Source: Styela clava (taxonomy: Eukaryota). From it: a stretch of 64,000 bases of DNA. Both the position numbers and the translations under genes were made by a program. The stretch's first letter is position 1, and every line of letters starts with the position of its first letter. The notes below the pieces were generated by a model that made no database searches, was not told where the DNA came from, and worked only from the letters and a program-made list of their open reading frames with translations. The stretch covers positions 6,820,001 through 6,884,000 of the forward strand of contig NC_135260.1 in the NCBI RefSeq assembly GCF_964204865.1, in the 5' to 3' direction. Positions 52,896-64,000 of the stretch are shown here, one piece after another.

Positions 52896-53677
52896 ACCAA
52901 CTTTACAAACAATTCTGGAGTATGATATCGAAACATGCATCCACACAAATACCAAATCATGCTTTCTTTTTTGACGGCTTTTAATAGCAATGTACATGCA
53001 GAAATGCGGATAGTTATTTGAGTCCTACCCGGGTGATGTATATGTATTCAATTTTAAGACTTCAATATTCATTAGTTAGAATAGTCACCATTTTTGTAAT
53101 TAGGTTACCAATTCGAACCGATATAGATATGAAATTACCTAATTCATATGCCATTGCTTAGACTGCTACAATCTCACAGTTTCAGAGTTGATTTGAAGCA
53201 ACTTTCATGATAAAATCCTGAACAATTTTAGATGTTTTCTCTAGCAATTATATTTCGCCTCAGCCCACTTGAGTGAGTGTATTCTAACAGCGTGACTCCG
53301 ATTGAGAGATGACTCATGGTTTGCAGTTCAAAAATTTTTAATGATGCCAATATGCAAATGAAATATAATGTACACAAGTTGAAAGTAAATATACAAATAC
53401 ATTTGAAAAGTATAAAGATATTGAGTTTGAAAAGTTCCGTAATTTTATACTCTTTGAGTGTCAAGCTCCGTTGGTGCAACTGCTCCATAAAACTGATGTT
53501 TTAAAGGGTGAAAAAGTTTATTACTGCAATGTATTGTCATCAACAAATTTAGCCAGTTATGAGCCGTTGAAACTTAAAAATTACTTCCAATACGAGGCAT
53601 ATTCTAAAAGATATACAGTGAACTGTTTACTGATGTTAGGAATTCATTCGATTCTAATCAATAATAACACATTCTTG

Positions 53678-56600
53678 CTAATTTGGCGTAATCTTCATTT
53701 CAACATATTTGAGAGAATAAGAAAACCCATTCCAAAATGACCAAGATATCCCATTGTTTCCAGGTCCTGACAAACTTTTGTAATATTTTCCATTCAGATT
53801 TGCACGGTAACAACCTTTATACCACCATGCTCCGTGATAATCTACAGCGCAGTTACCACTCATGGTACTAGTGCCGCGTTGATCATTATCTCTATCATGG
53901 GTAGTAAATAGTTTAGCATTGTGATAATTCATCCCATCCTTTGCATTTCCGGAGTATCCCGATACAGTGAGACGATAATTTGAATCTTCGTCTCCAATTC
54001 GGAAGGTACTGAACATATTAAAAATATAAAATAATAAATTTTGCAAAAAATATTTATGTTTGCCAATCAGGTCATCAATATAAATAATATCGTCACGCTA
54101 ATAACAAAATTGAGTAAGTCATTTTTATCGGTTTTGAAGAAAATATGAAAAAAAATTCCTTAATTATGCCATTAAGAGTAAATAATTTCCCATAGTTCAT
54201 TTTAGCCACAGTCGGATCTAAATTCATTTGTATGACGCCAGCCCGTAACGTCATAGGACATACGCATTTTTGCAACTTGAATACATTCATCAGTTCTGAC
54301 AACCAATCATTCGGAAAACTTACGTAATTTAAAATATCTATACGATCTTCAATACCAAAACAGTTTCTTTGTTTTGATAGCATAGTTTTTATTTTCCGAA
54401 ATATATACTTTATCAATAAAACGCGCTTTGCACATCCACCGAAAATAAAACTTATACTATATTTGAATACCTATCTATTGGAGCATACACCAAAAATCAA
54501 GAGTTACGATATCGGAAGTGAGTGAATAATAAATATGCTTTGCGCACATGTTCAGAAGTGAAAAATAATATTCTTAAGATAAAATAACACGAGACCTGTA
54601 AGCTGCATATCTTCTTTCGCCCTCCCAGTTTAAAAGATCAATTCGTAAACTATAGCTTTTTCCTGAAGTCATTTTGTGGAGCTTATCTAGACCTGATAAA
54701 AAAATACCAAATTTAAAAAATACAATAAAAAACAATGGTTAAAATTTAAGCATACAAATATTTTTTTCTTACAATAACTTGTTTTATGCCAATTTTATTA
54801 TGATATTTCGGGCATAAAATGTTTACAAAATAAGATTTTCACCCAGCCATAACTCTCCATCAGGATTTCCGAAGCCATTTTTGTAATCCTCCCATCCTCT
54901 GTAAAAATCGACACTTCCATCCATTCTACGTTGAATAACCTTCGAGAAAATATGGAAAGAGTTTATTTTTTAATAAAAACACAAAAATTGTCATATCATA
55001 AAACATTAGTTAAAATAACTGATTATAATGGATTTAAAAAATGAATTTTGTAACAGCTATTTTTTGTATATCAGATTTAATTAATGGCATATATACATCT
55101 CAGCCATATTTTTTTGTTTTCCGCAATAGCTGAGTAAGAGATTCTGGGCTACTTCAATCATCAATGACGCGCATTATCTATAATTCAATTCAAAGAAAAA
55201 AAATTTGAACTTTTCAATTAAAGAAATTTCACTTGTAAATTAAATCTGATCTCAAGATTCGCGTTAATTTAAGGATGAGAGGTCTAGCTAGCACAAGCTT
55301 TTTATCGTTTGTTATTATTCATAATCTTGAATGGCTATCGAACAATTTATTTTTTAGGATATTATGAAATTTGATTTAGTCAATATCAAGTAGTTACACA
55401 AACGTAAGTCCACTTTTCAAACCGAGGTTACAGTTTTTCTAAAGTTAGTTTGAAGGAGCATGTTCAAACAATTAACAAGTAATTTGATATTCTTACTGTC
55501 CATGCGTTCGATTCATCAAAAATGCAATTAACACTTGCAATCTCTCCATATAACATAATATCAAATGTTGCTTTTTCAGCGGTAACTCTTCTTGCAAGTC
55601 GATATTCCGAGCAATCCGCAGGCAGTAATCGTTTTAAGTTTTCTGTACATATTTTAGTATCAACATTTATTGCCAGCTCATTCATTTCGAGACGCTTGCT
55701 ACCAGCGACGAAGCTTCATGTTACACGCAATGGAAACTATTGAGGAATTGATTTATATTGTTTTAATGGCATAATTATCAAAATCATACGTATTTATTAT
55801 GTATTATTGTTTACTTTCGGGAACGGAAGTATTGGTCTAAATAACTGTAGTCATAAAATGATTTGAACAATTTAGTAATTCTGAGCAAAAAAAAAACGCT
55901 CATTCGCTCTTCAAGATGAAACATAAGATCGAGAGTAAACCAGAAAAACTTCAAATGTTAACTTGTTTCCGAAAGTTTGGAAAGCTCAGTTTGGAAAGCT
56001 TGTTAAATCATTAACACCTAGAGTTCACAATAAAATCGTATGCTTGTCGAAGTTGTACACAATACCTACGTTGCAATTGGCTATTATTTCCTTTTAATTC
56101 ATCAAATTGCAGTTGAAGTTGACTATTATTTTCTTTCAATTCGTCGAATTGCAGTTGGTATTGGCGATCATTTTCGTTCAATTTATCAAATTGCATATGT
56201 AATTTTGACAGTTCAGATCTCAAATGCGTCACTTCCTCTTCATCGACGATATTGCATTGACAGGGATCTCCCTTTTGACCTCGTTGACCTTTTTGACCTG
56301 CCAATAAGAGGGCGGTAATAAGCAATAAGAGCAGACAGTTTTGAGAGGTCGTAAAAGTAATTAAAATGAAAATGTTCGTCAAGTTTTGATCTTGCCCGCC
56401 TTATTTTAGATATTTTCATTTTTTATTTTGGATATTTACGTTCCATCCACGTAAACATAATGGATGAAACATACTTTCTCCTTACTGTTATTTGAAGCTT
56501 ATTGTTAGCTAGTTACTCTTAAGCTGGGATGCCAGACTTGACAAATTCGAAAAAGGGGCGCGGTTTAAAAAGTTTATGCACCACTGTAGTAGAGTATTGG

Positions 56601-58757
56601 GCAGCTATCGTAAAGTTTTAAGAAGTTCAAAGTTTTTAATCCATGATATCTCAGAACACCCATACACCCATTGTCTTCTCATATATGTCAAAAATTTGGC
56701 ATTTTCATAAAATGATATGAAAATGACTCAGAGACCAAAGATAGCGGCACACTTTGTTAATTGCTAACATGTACTCGCTGGTCCTTTTTCTTCATACATA
56801 CATATGATGTGATGCATAAAAATGAAATTCGTAAGTAGAGAGTTATTTTAAATAAGGCATGTCCAACCTTTTTAGTGCCGCGGGTCACTTTCACACGAGG
56901 AAATTTATTTCGGGCCGCAAACCTAAATATATATATATATATAACAGTTTTTACGTTGGAATTTAAGCGTCGCTGAAGCAAACGCTTTGATTGCACAAAG
57001 CTATTGTGAATATATGAACACAATACGCACGCATTTTTACGCAGTGACTTTATTTCATAAGTTTTATTTAACGCAAAAAAGCCAGTAGCAAAGATATTGT
57101 ACGGTACACTTTTTTATTTTACGATGGCGATAAGGATGATCGAAGCCTACACGAAAGTTATTATCTAGGTTGCAAATTTATTCCTATAATTTTCCTCGAC
57201 CTATGATAGCACAATAGCTTTCGATTTTGTAGAACGAAACGCGCGGTCCTTCCAGTATTAAAAAAAAACATCGATGTCAACCAGATAATGTGATAACGCT
57301 AGTTAGAACGATGAGGTATAATTATTTTAATAATAAGTTACTTAATTTTTTTTATTGGAGGTGTCAAATTTGTGGGGGACGTCGGCTTAAGTTTGGTTTA
57401 TTCAATTTCGAAAACTACTGAGCGGGCCACTCGGAACTTTTCTGCCGGCCACTTGTGGCCCACGGGCTACGGATTGGGCGACCCTGTTTTAGACAGTAAA
57501 TTGCACATAACAATCGCATGACAAAAATAATCAAAAAAAATTATATCTAGTTCTCGCAAATTTTTTTCTTCGTCATGCGTATACCGTCTCGCCGAATATA
57601 TCGTTTGAGTGATATAATGCTGCCACGAGTGTTTTTTCGGTACAATATTTTTACCTACTACGGCGTGTATGAAGCTTGGATACGGAAAATTTTGACTTAG
57701 GGCTAGATATTGAAATTCTGTTATCTTTACTTTTCCGATTATATACTGTGCCGTGGGCCAAATGCCGCATTCAAGGAAAATTTGTTCGGCCCGCGGAGAA
57801 GTGCAAGTTTTGAATGCCAGTGCCGCGATACGAGTTTCTAAATTAATTCGGTACGTGTGAGTAATTCCAATCCCTTCGCGCTGGAGAGCCTATACCCAAG
57901 TCCAATTTAATATCTATGCCTGCGACTCCACAATGCTTTAACATCCAGCTTGTTCAAACAACGCATGCCACAAGATCAATAACCAAAACTTTTGTGCCTG
58001 TACTACTAGGAGCATATGTTATATAAAGGTGCGGCCCGCGGTTTCACCCAATTATTTGTATCTTGCCCACCTGTATTAAATGTTAAACACCCCTGATTTA
58101 CTGCATAACGGGCAAGTTTTTAAAAATTACATGATGAAGGTTCCCTATCGCTAACGTTTATGGTAATCTTTTTTTTCCAGAAATTACGGGTCTTTGGCAT
58201 TGTGGAACGATTTTTGTCGAACTTTGTCTCCGGCAGTAGAAATAAGATTGCGTATATTCTAATGGAAGTCATATACAAAATTAAGATGTATGTAAAAAAA
58301 TACCGCAATTCGTTTTTTGTTCCCTTCGAGCGAGCGGAAATTGATTTGAAAAAAATCGCAAAGTGGAAAAATGTATTATGTTCATTTCAAAAGGTATTGT
58401 ACATGTATTTTCAAAATTGGAATTTTCCAATGTTTTGCCAAATTATTTATGTCAGTTCATTCACACCGGGAAATGGAAAACACACGTTTTCTTTGATAAA
58501 AAATTATTCCTATATAATTTAGATTCCATTTTCTTACCAACAGGGCCAATTTTTTCCGGTCTTCCTTGTTGTACTCTTGTACTAGCGATCCCTTGGGAAG
58601 AAGCCATTCCTGCCATATTTTCAGGTTTACATAAACTTGTAGTGGTAGTCGTTGTACAGCTGAATGGTGGAGATAAATTCACACCTTTGACGTCTTGCGA
58701 CAATACCAATGATGCAACCATGCTGATTATAAACGTGTAAAGAACCAGCATATTCAT
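53678..58757 (-). CDS. Ficolin-like protein, paralog B (signal peptide, short collagen, coiled coil, fibrinogen C-terminal domain)
   Basis: Exons 58757-58538, 56297-56070 (or -56066), 55642 (or 55698)-55497, 54939-54843, 54692-54596, 54008-53678 in frame; [18 protein letters not shown]; [11 protein letters not shown] repeats; fibrinogen-domain motifs through [15 protein letters not shown]. Confidence 0.9.
56853..57486. mobile_element. hAT-type non-autonomous element in ficolin intron 1 (also at ~62953-63571)
   Basis: Ends aaggcatgtccaacc / attgggcgaccctg, GCGGGCC motifs, TTTTA-containing target; absent from the inverted copy near 52655. Confidence 0.65.
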
Positions 58758-60084
58758 TTTATAGATTGTCTGCAAGTAATAAAATAATTATTAACAAAAT
58801 TTAATGATCTAGATATAACTGATTCCCGAGGTCCTGAATTAGCTAATCCTCACCGATATATTATGAAAAGCTTTCATAATAAACACAGGCTTTCTGCTAA
58901 AACTAAACTACACATTTTACAAATCGAATGATTCGTTCACGCTGAACTTCCATTTAAATAGGCGTATCATATTTTTACTAAATTCTTTATAAAATATTCC
59001 AAGAAATTTGGGAAAAAATCCTTGCTCTCGAAAATAGCATAGAATCAACTGTTTCTCTTTGGTATATACTACATTCATATATTCTATGTTTTCAAAAAAA
59101 AAAATGAAGAAAAAGGTTCTCCACAAGGAAATGGCAACTAAAGCGCTGTGTCGAGTAAGGAAAATAGGAAGTCGTTGGTCGCAAATTAATAGGTGTTTTG
59201 CAATAAACAAAAATCATAGTTTTAAAGCAGGGGTCGGCAAACTGCGATCCTCGGGCCGAATGCGGCCCATGAACTATTTTTTTTGCGCCCCTCGAACGAC
59301 TCGACTTTAAATGCATAAAACAAGAATTAATCTTAAATTTATCATTGCCTCCACACGGATTTATGTGGTAACAAGTGCTGACGTACGGCGTTTGTTTTGT
59401 AATAAGTAGAGTCAGTTCTATATCATTCACTTGTAAACGCCGGATATGTTGAACCTCATTACGAAACATGTCATTGCAAATACGAAATTCGACCCGGGGC
59501 TGGCCGACTGATCGTATGTGCGTCAGTGCAAAATGTAAAATGTGCATATTTGTAAGCACATATTGTTGATAGTAGCTTTACTCAGAATGCATTACACTAA
59601 GAATAAATTTCGAACTCGCTTGTCAGATCGTCATTTGGATGACGTATCGATCGATGGGCAATGAAGTTGCCATTTGATTTTTACGCTTTAGCCATGACAC
59701 AGAAACAACTTCATCATTCACATTGATAATAAGTAAATAAAAACACTGTATTGTTTGATAATATATTAAAAAGAGCCACATACACGTCTCATTGTGGCAG
59801 GCTTTTAACACAGCAATAGAAAGTAGAAAGTGCGCCATAATTTGGAGTTTAATGTGGCGATTGTTCGCAGGCAAAAATACCTGGGGCCACACGCTACCAG
59901 AAATGTATATATTTGGCCCGCAAGTACATAAAGTTTGCCGACCACTGTTTTAAAGTTTTTTTTTTATCAATTTCTCGAAGCGTAAATTTGAAATGCATCG
60001 GTTGAATTAATTTTCGATTGCAAAACAATTGTCGCATTGCGTCTCCGTTCCACAGCAAGCACTTCACCTCTATGTTTGCAAATC

Positions 60085-62418
60085 TTCGGAAGGTACTGAA
60101 CATGTTAAAAATATAAAATAATAATTTGTACAAAAATTGTTTTATGTTCACCAATTACGCCATCAATATTATATCGTCACGCTAATAACAAAGTTGCGTA
60201 AGTCATTTTTAATTTCAAGAAAAACATAAAAAAAATTCTTGAAGATATTGTTATGCCATTAAGAGTAAATAATTTCCTATAGCTCAATTTTTTAGCCGTA
60301 GCCGGATCTAAATTATTTTGTATGACGTCAGTCCGTGACGTCATAGGACCGACGCAAATTTCCAACTTGACTATATCCATCTATCCTAAAAACCAAACAT
60401 TCGGAAATTGTATGTCATGTACAATATTCACGATCTCTAATTCAGAAATAGCTTATTTGTTTTAATAAAATAATTTATATGTCCTGAAATACATACTTTA
60501 TCAATATGACGCGCTTTGCACACGCACCGATAACACGACTTATATTATACTTAAATAAATAACTATCTATTGAAGCATATACCGAATATCAAGTGTCACC
60601 GGGAGTAAGCGAATATTTATTATGTTTTGCGTGCATGTTCAGTCATGAAAAAACAGTTCAGATACACACGATTTATATACCTTATTTTATTAATAATAAA
60701 ATAGCATGAGACCTGTAAGCTGCATATCTTCTTTCTCCTTCCCAGTTTAAAAGATCAATTCGTAAACTATAGCTTTTTCTTGAAGTCATTTTGTGGAGCT
60801 TATCTAGACCTGATAAAAAAATACCAAATTTAAAAAATACAATAAAAAACAAAAGTTAAACTTCAAGCATTCAAATATTTTTTTCATACAATAATTGTTT
60901 TATGCCAATTTTATTATGATATTTCGGGCATAAAATGTTTACAAAATAAGATTTTCACCCAGCCATAACTCTCCATCAGGATTTCCGAAGCCATTTTTGT
61001 AATCCTCCCATCCTCTGTAAAAATCGACACTTCCATCCATTCTACGTTGAATAACCTTCGAGAAAATATGAAAAGAGTTTATTTTTTAATAAAAACACAA
61101 AAATTGTCATATCATAAAACATTAGTTAAAATAACTGATTATAATGGATTTAAAAAATGAATTTTGTAACAGCTATTTTTTGTATATCAGATGTAATTAA
61201 TGGCATATATACATCTCAGCCATATTTTTTTTGTTTTCCGCAATAGCTGAGTAAGAGATTCTGGGCTACTTCAATCATCAATGACGCGCATTATCTATAA
61301 TTCAATTCAAAAAAAAAAAATTTGAATTTTTCAATTAAAGAAATTTCACTTGTAAATTAAATCTGATCTCAAGATTCGCGTTAATTTAAGGATGAGAGGT
61401 CTAGCTAGCACAAGCTTTTTATCGTTTGTTATTATTCATAATCTTGAATGGCTATCGAACAATTTTTTTTTTAGGATATTATGAAATTTGATTTAGTCAA
61501 TATCAAGTAGTTACACAAACGTAAGTCCACTTTTCAAACCGAGGTTTCAGTTTTTCTGAAGTTAGTTTGGAGGAGCCTGTTCAAACAATTAACAAGTAAT
61601 TTGATATTCTTACTGTCCATGCGTTCGATTCATCAAAAATGCAATTAACATTTGCAATCTCTCCATCTAACGTAATATCAATTGTTGCTTTTCCAGCGGT
61701 AACTCTTCTTCCTAGTTGATATTCCGAGCAATCCGCAGGCAGTAATTGTAAGTTTTCTGTGCATATTTTAGTATCAACATTTATTGCCAGCTCATTCATT
61801 TGGAGTCATTTGCTACCAGCGACGAATCTTCATGTTACACGCAATGGAAACTACTGCACAATATTAAGAATTAATTTATATTGCTTTAATTGCATAATTA
61901 CCAAAATTATACATATTTATTATGTATTATTGTTTACTTTTGGGAACGGAAGTATTTGTCTAAATGACTGAAGTCATAAAGTGATTTGAACAATTTAGTA
62001 ATTCTGAGCAAAAAAAAAGCTTATTCGCTCTTCAAGATGAAACATAAGATCGAGAGTAAACCAGAAAAACTTCAAATGTTAACTTGTTTTCGAAAGTTTG
62101 GAAAGCTCAGTTTGGAAAGCTTGTTAAATCATTAACACCTAGAGTTTACAATAAAATCGTATGCTTGTCGAAATTGTACACGATACCTACGTTGCAATTG
62201 GCTATTATTTCCTTTTAATTCATCAAATTGCAGTTGAAGTTGGCTATTATTTCCTTTCAATTCGTCGAATTGCAGTTGGTATTGGCGATCATTTCCGTTC
62301 AATTTATCAAATTACATTTGTAATTTTGACAGTTCAGATCTCAAATGCGTCACTTCCTCTTCATCGACGATATTGCATTGACAGGGATCTCCCTTTTGAC
62401 CTCGTTGACCTTTTTGAC
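60085..62418 (-). pseudogene. Ficolin-like paralog C, pseudogene (exon 1 would lie beyond the window)
   Basis: Exons 62418-62191 (CAA>TAA nonsense at 62312-62314), 61756-61614, 61055-60959, 60809-60713; last exon truncated after STFR at ~60085. Confidence 0.85.
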
Positions 62419-64000
62419 CTGTCAATAGGAGGGCGGTAATAAGCAATAAGAGTAGACAGTTTTTGAGAGGTCTTAAAAGTTTTGATCTTGCCCGCCTAAT
62501 TTTAGATATTTGCATTTTTTATTTTGGATATTTACGTTCCATCCACGTAAACAAATTAGATAAAACATACTTTCTCCTTACTGTTATTTGAAGCTTATTG
62601 TTAGCTAGTTACTTTTAAGGGTGGGGCGCGAGACTTGACAAATTCAAAAGGGGCGCGGTTTAAAAAGTTTATGAACCACTGTAGTAGAGTATTGGGCAGC
62701 TATCGTAAAGTTTTAAGAGGTTCAAAGTTTTTAAATTAACCCAGGGTATCTCAGAACACCCATACACCCATTGTCTTCTCATATATGTCAAAAATTTGGC
62801 ATTTTTATGAAATGATATGAAAATGACTTATAGCAAAGATAGCGGCACACTTTGTTAATCGCTAACATGTACTCAAGCTGTTTCTTCTCCTTCATGCATA
62901 AATATGATGCATTAAAATCAAATTCGTATATACGTTGAAAGTTATTTTAAATAAGGTATGTCCAACCTTTTAAGTGCCGCGGGTCATTTGCACACCAGGA
63001 AATTCATTTCGGGCCGCAAACCTAAATATATATATATACATACCAGATTTTACGTTGGAATTTGTGCGTTGCTGAAGCGAACGCTTTGATTGCACAAAGC
63101 TATTGTGAATATCTGAACACAATATGCACGCATTTTTACGCAGTGACTTTATTCCATAAGTTTTATTTAACGCAAAAAAGCCAGTAGCAAAGATATTGTA
63201 CGGTACACTTTTTTATTTTACGATGGCGATAAGGATGATCGAAGCCTACACGAAAGTTATTATCTAGGTTGCAAATTTATTCCTATAATTTTCCTCGACC
63301 AATGATAGCACAATAGCTTTCGATTTTGTTGAGCAAAACGCGCGGTCCTTCGAGAAATAAAATACATCGATGTCGACCAGATACATGTGATAACGCTAGT
63401 TTGAACGATGAGGTATAATTATTTTAATAATAATTTACTTATTTTTGTTATTGGAGGTGTCAAATTTGTGGGGGACGTCGGGTTAAGTTTGGTTTATTCA
63501 ATTTCGAAAACTACTGAGCGGGCCACTCGGAACTTTTCTGCCGGCCACGGGCTACGGATTGGGCGACTCTGTTTTAAACAGTAAATTGCACATAACAATC
63601 GCATAACAAAAATAATCAAAAATAATTATATCTAGTTCGCAAATTTTTTTTCTTTGTCATGCGTATACCGTCTCACCGAATATATCGTTTGGGTTATATA
63701 ATGCTGCCACGAGTGTTTTTTCTGAACAATATTTTTACCTACTACGGCGTATATGGAGCTTGACATGGATACTGAAAATTTTTGTGTGCAAGGGTGTGAA
63801 AAGGGTGTGCAACCTGCGGGCCGCGGGCCAAATGCGGCACTCAAAGAAAATTAGTGCAGAGAAGTGCCAGTTTTGAAATGATGTGCGTCCCGCGAAACGA
63901 GTTTTTGAATTAATTCAGTACGTGCAAGTAATTTCAATCCCTTTGCGTTTCGAAGTCTATTCCCGAGTCCAATTTATTATCAATGCTTATGACTTTACAA

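Noticed and set aside
59894-60095. Novel C-terminus for paralog C read through the breakpoint
   Set aside because: The upstream nonsense codon at 62312 prevents translation this far.

Overview
AT-rich eukaryotic genomic DNA with spliceosomal (GT-AG) introns and many transposon relics. Gene content and repeats suggest a marine invertebrate deuterostome, probably an ascidian (inference). In order: (1) the 3' ten exons of a clan-3 (CYP3A-like) cytochrome P450 whose I-helix catalytic Thr is replaced by Asn; (2) a 3-exon, 192-aa single-pass membrane protein resembling KCNE/MiRP subunits; (3) a complete 7-exon calreticulin (KDEL) with two back-to-back ERSE-like promoter elements; (4) a minus-strand innate-immune lectin cluster: one collectin (collagen + C-type lectin) and three ficolin-like collagen/coiled-coil/fibrinogen paralogs (A lacks its 5' exons, B intact, C a mosaic pseudogene); (5) an uncharacterised, partly duplicated Ser/Thr-rich gene whose exons are phase-compatible with the headless paralog A. 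Mobile DNA: 12 copies of a modular MITE family with GG termini and 8-bp TSDs (Merlin-like), many hAT MITEs and transposase relics, a tRNA-derived SINE, and a 1.44-kb foldback element with TATGG termini and a 6-bp TSD (IS3EU-like). All exon structures were assembled by eye; no database search was run.
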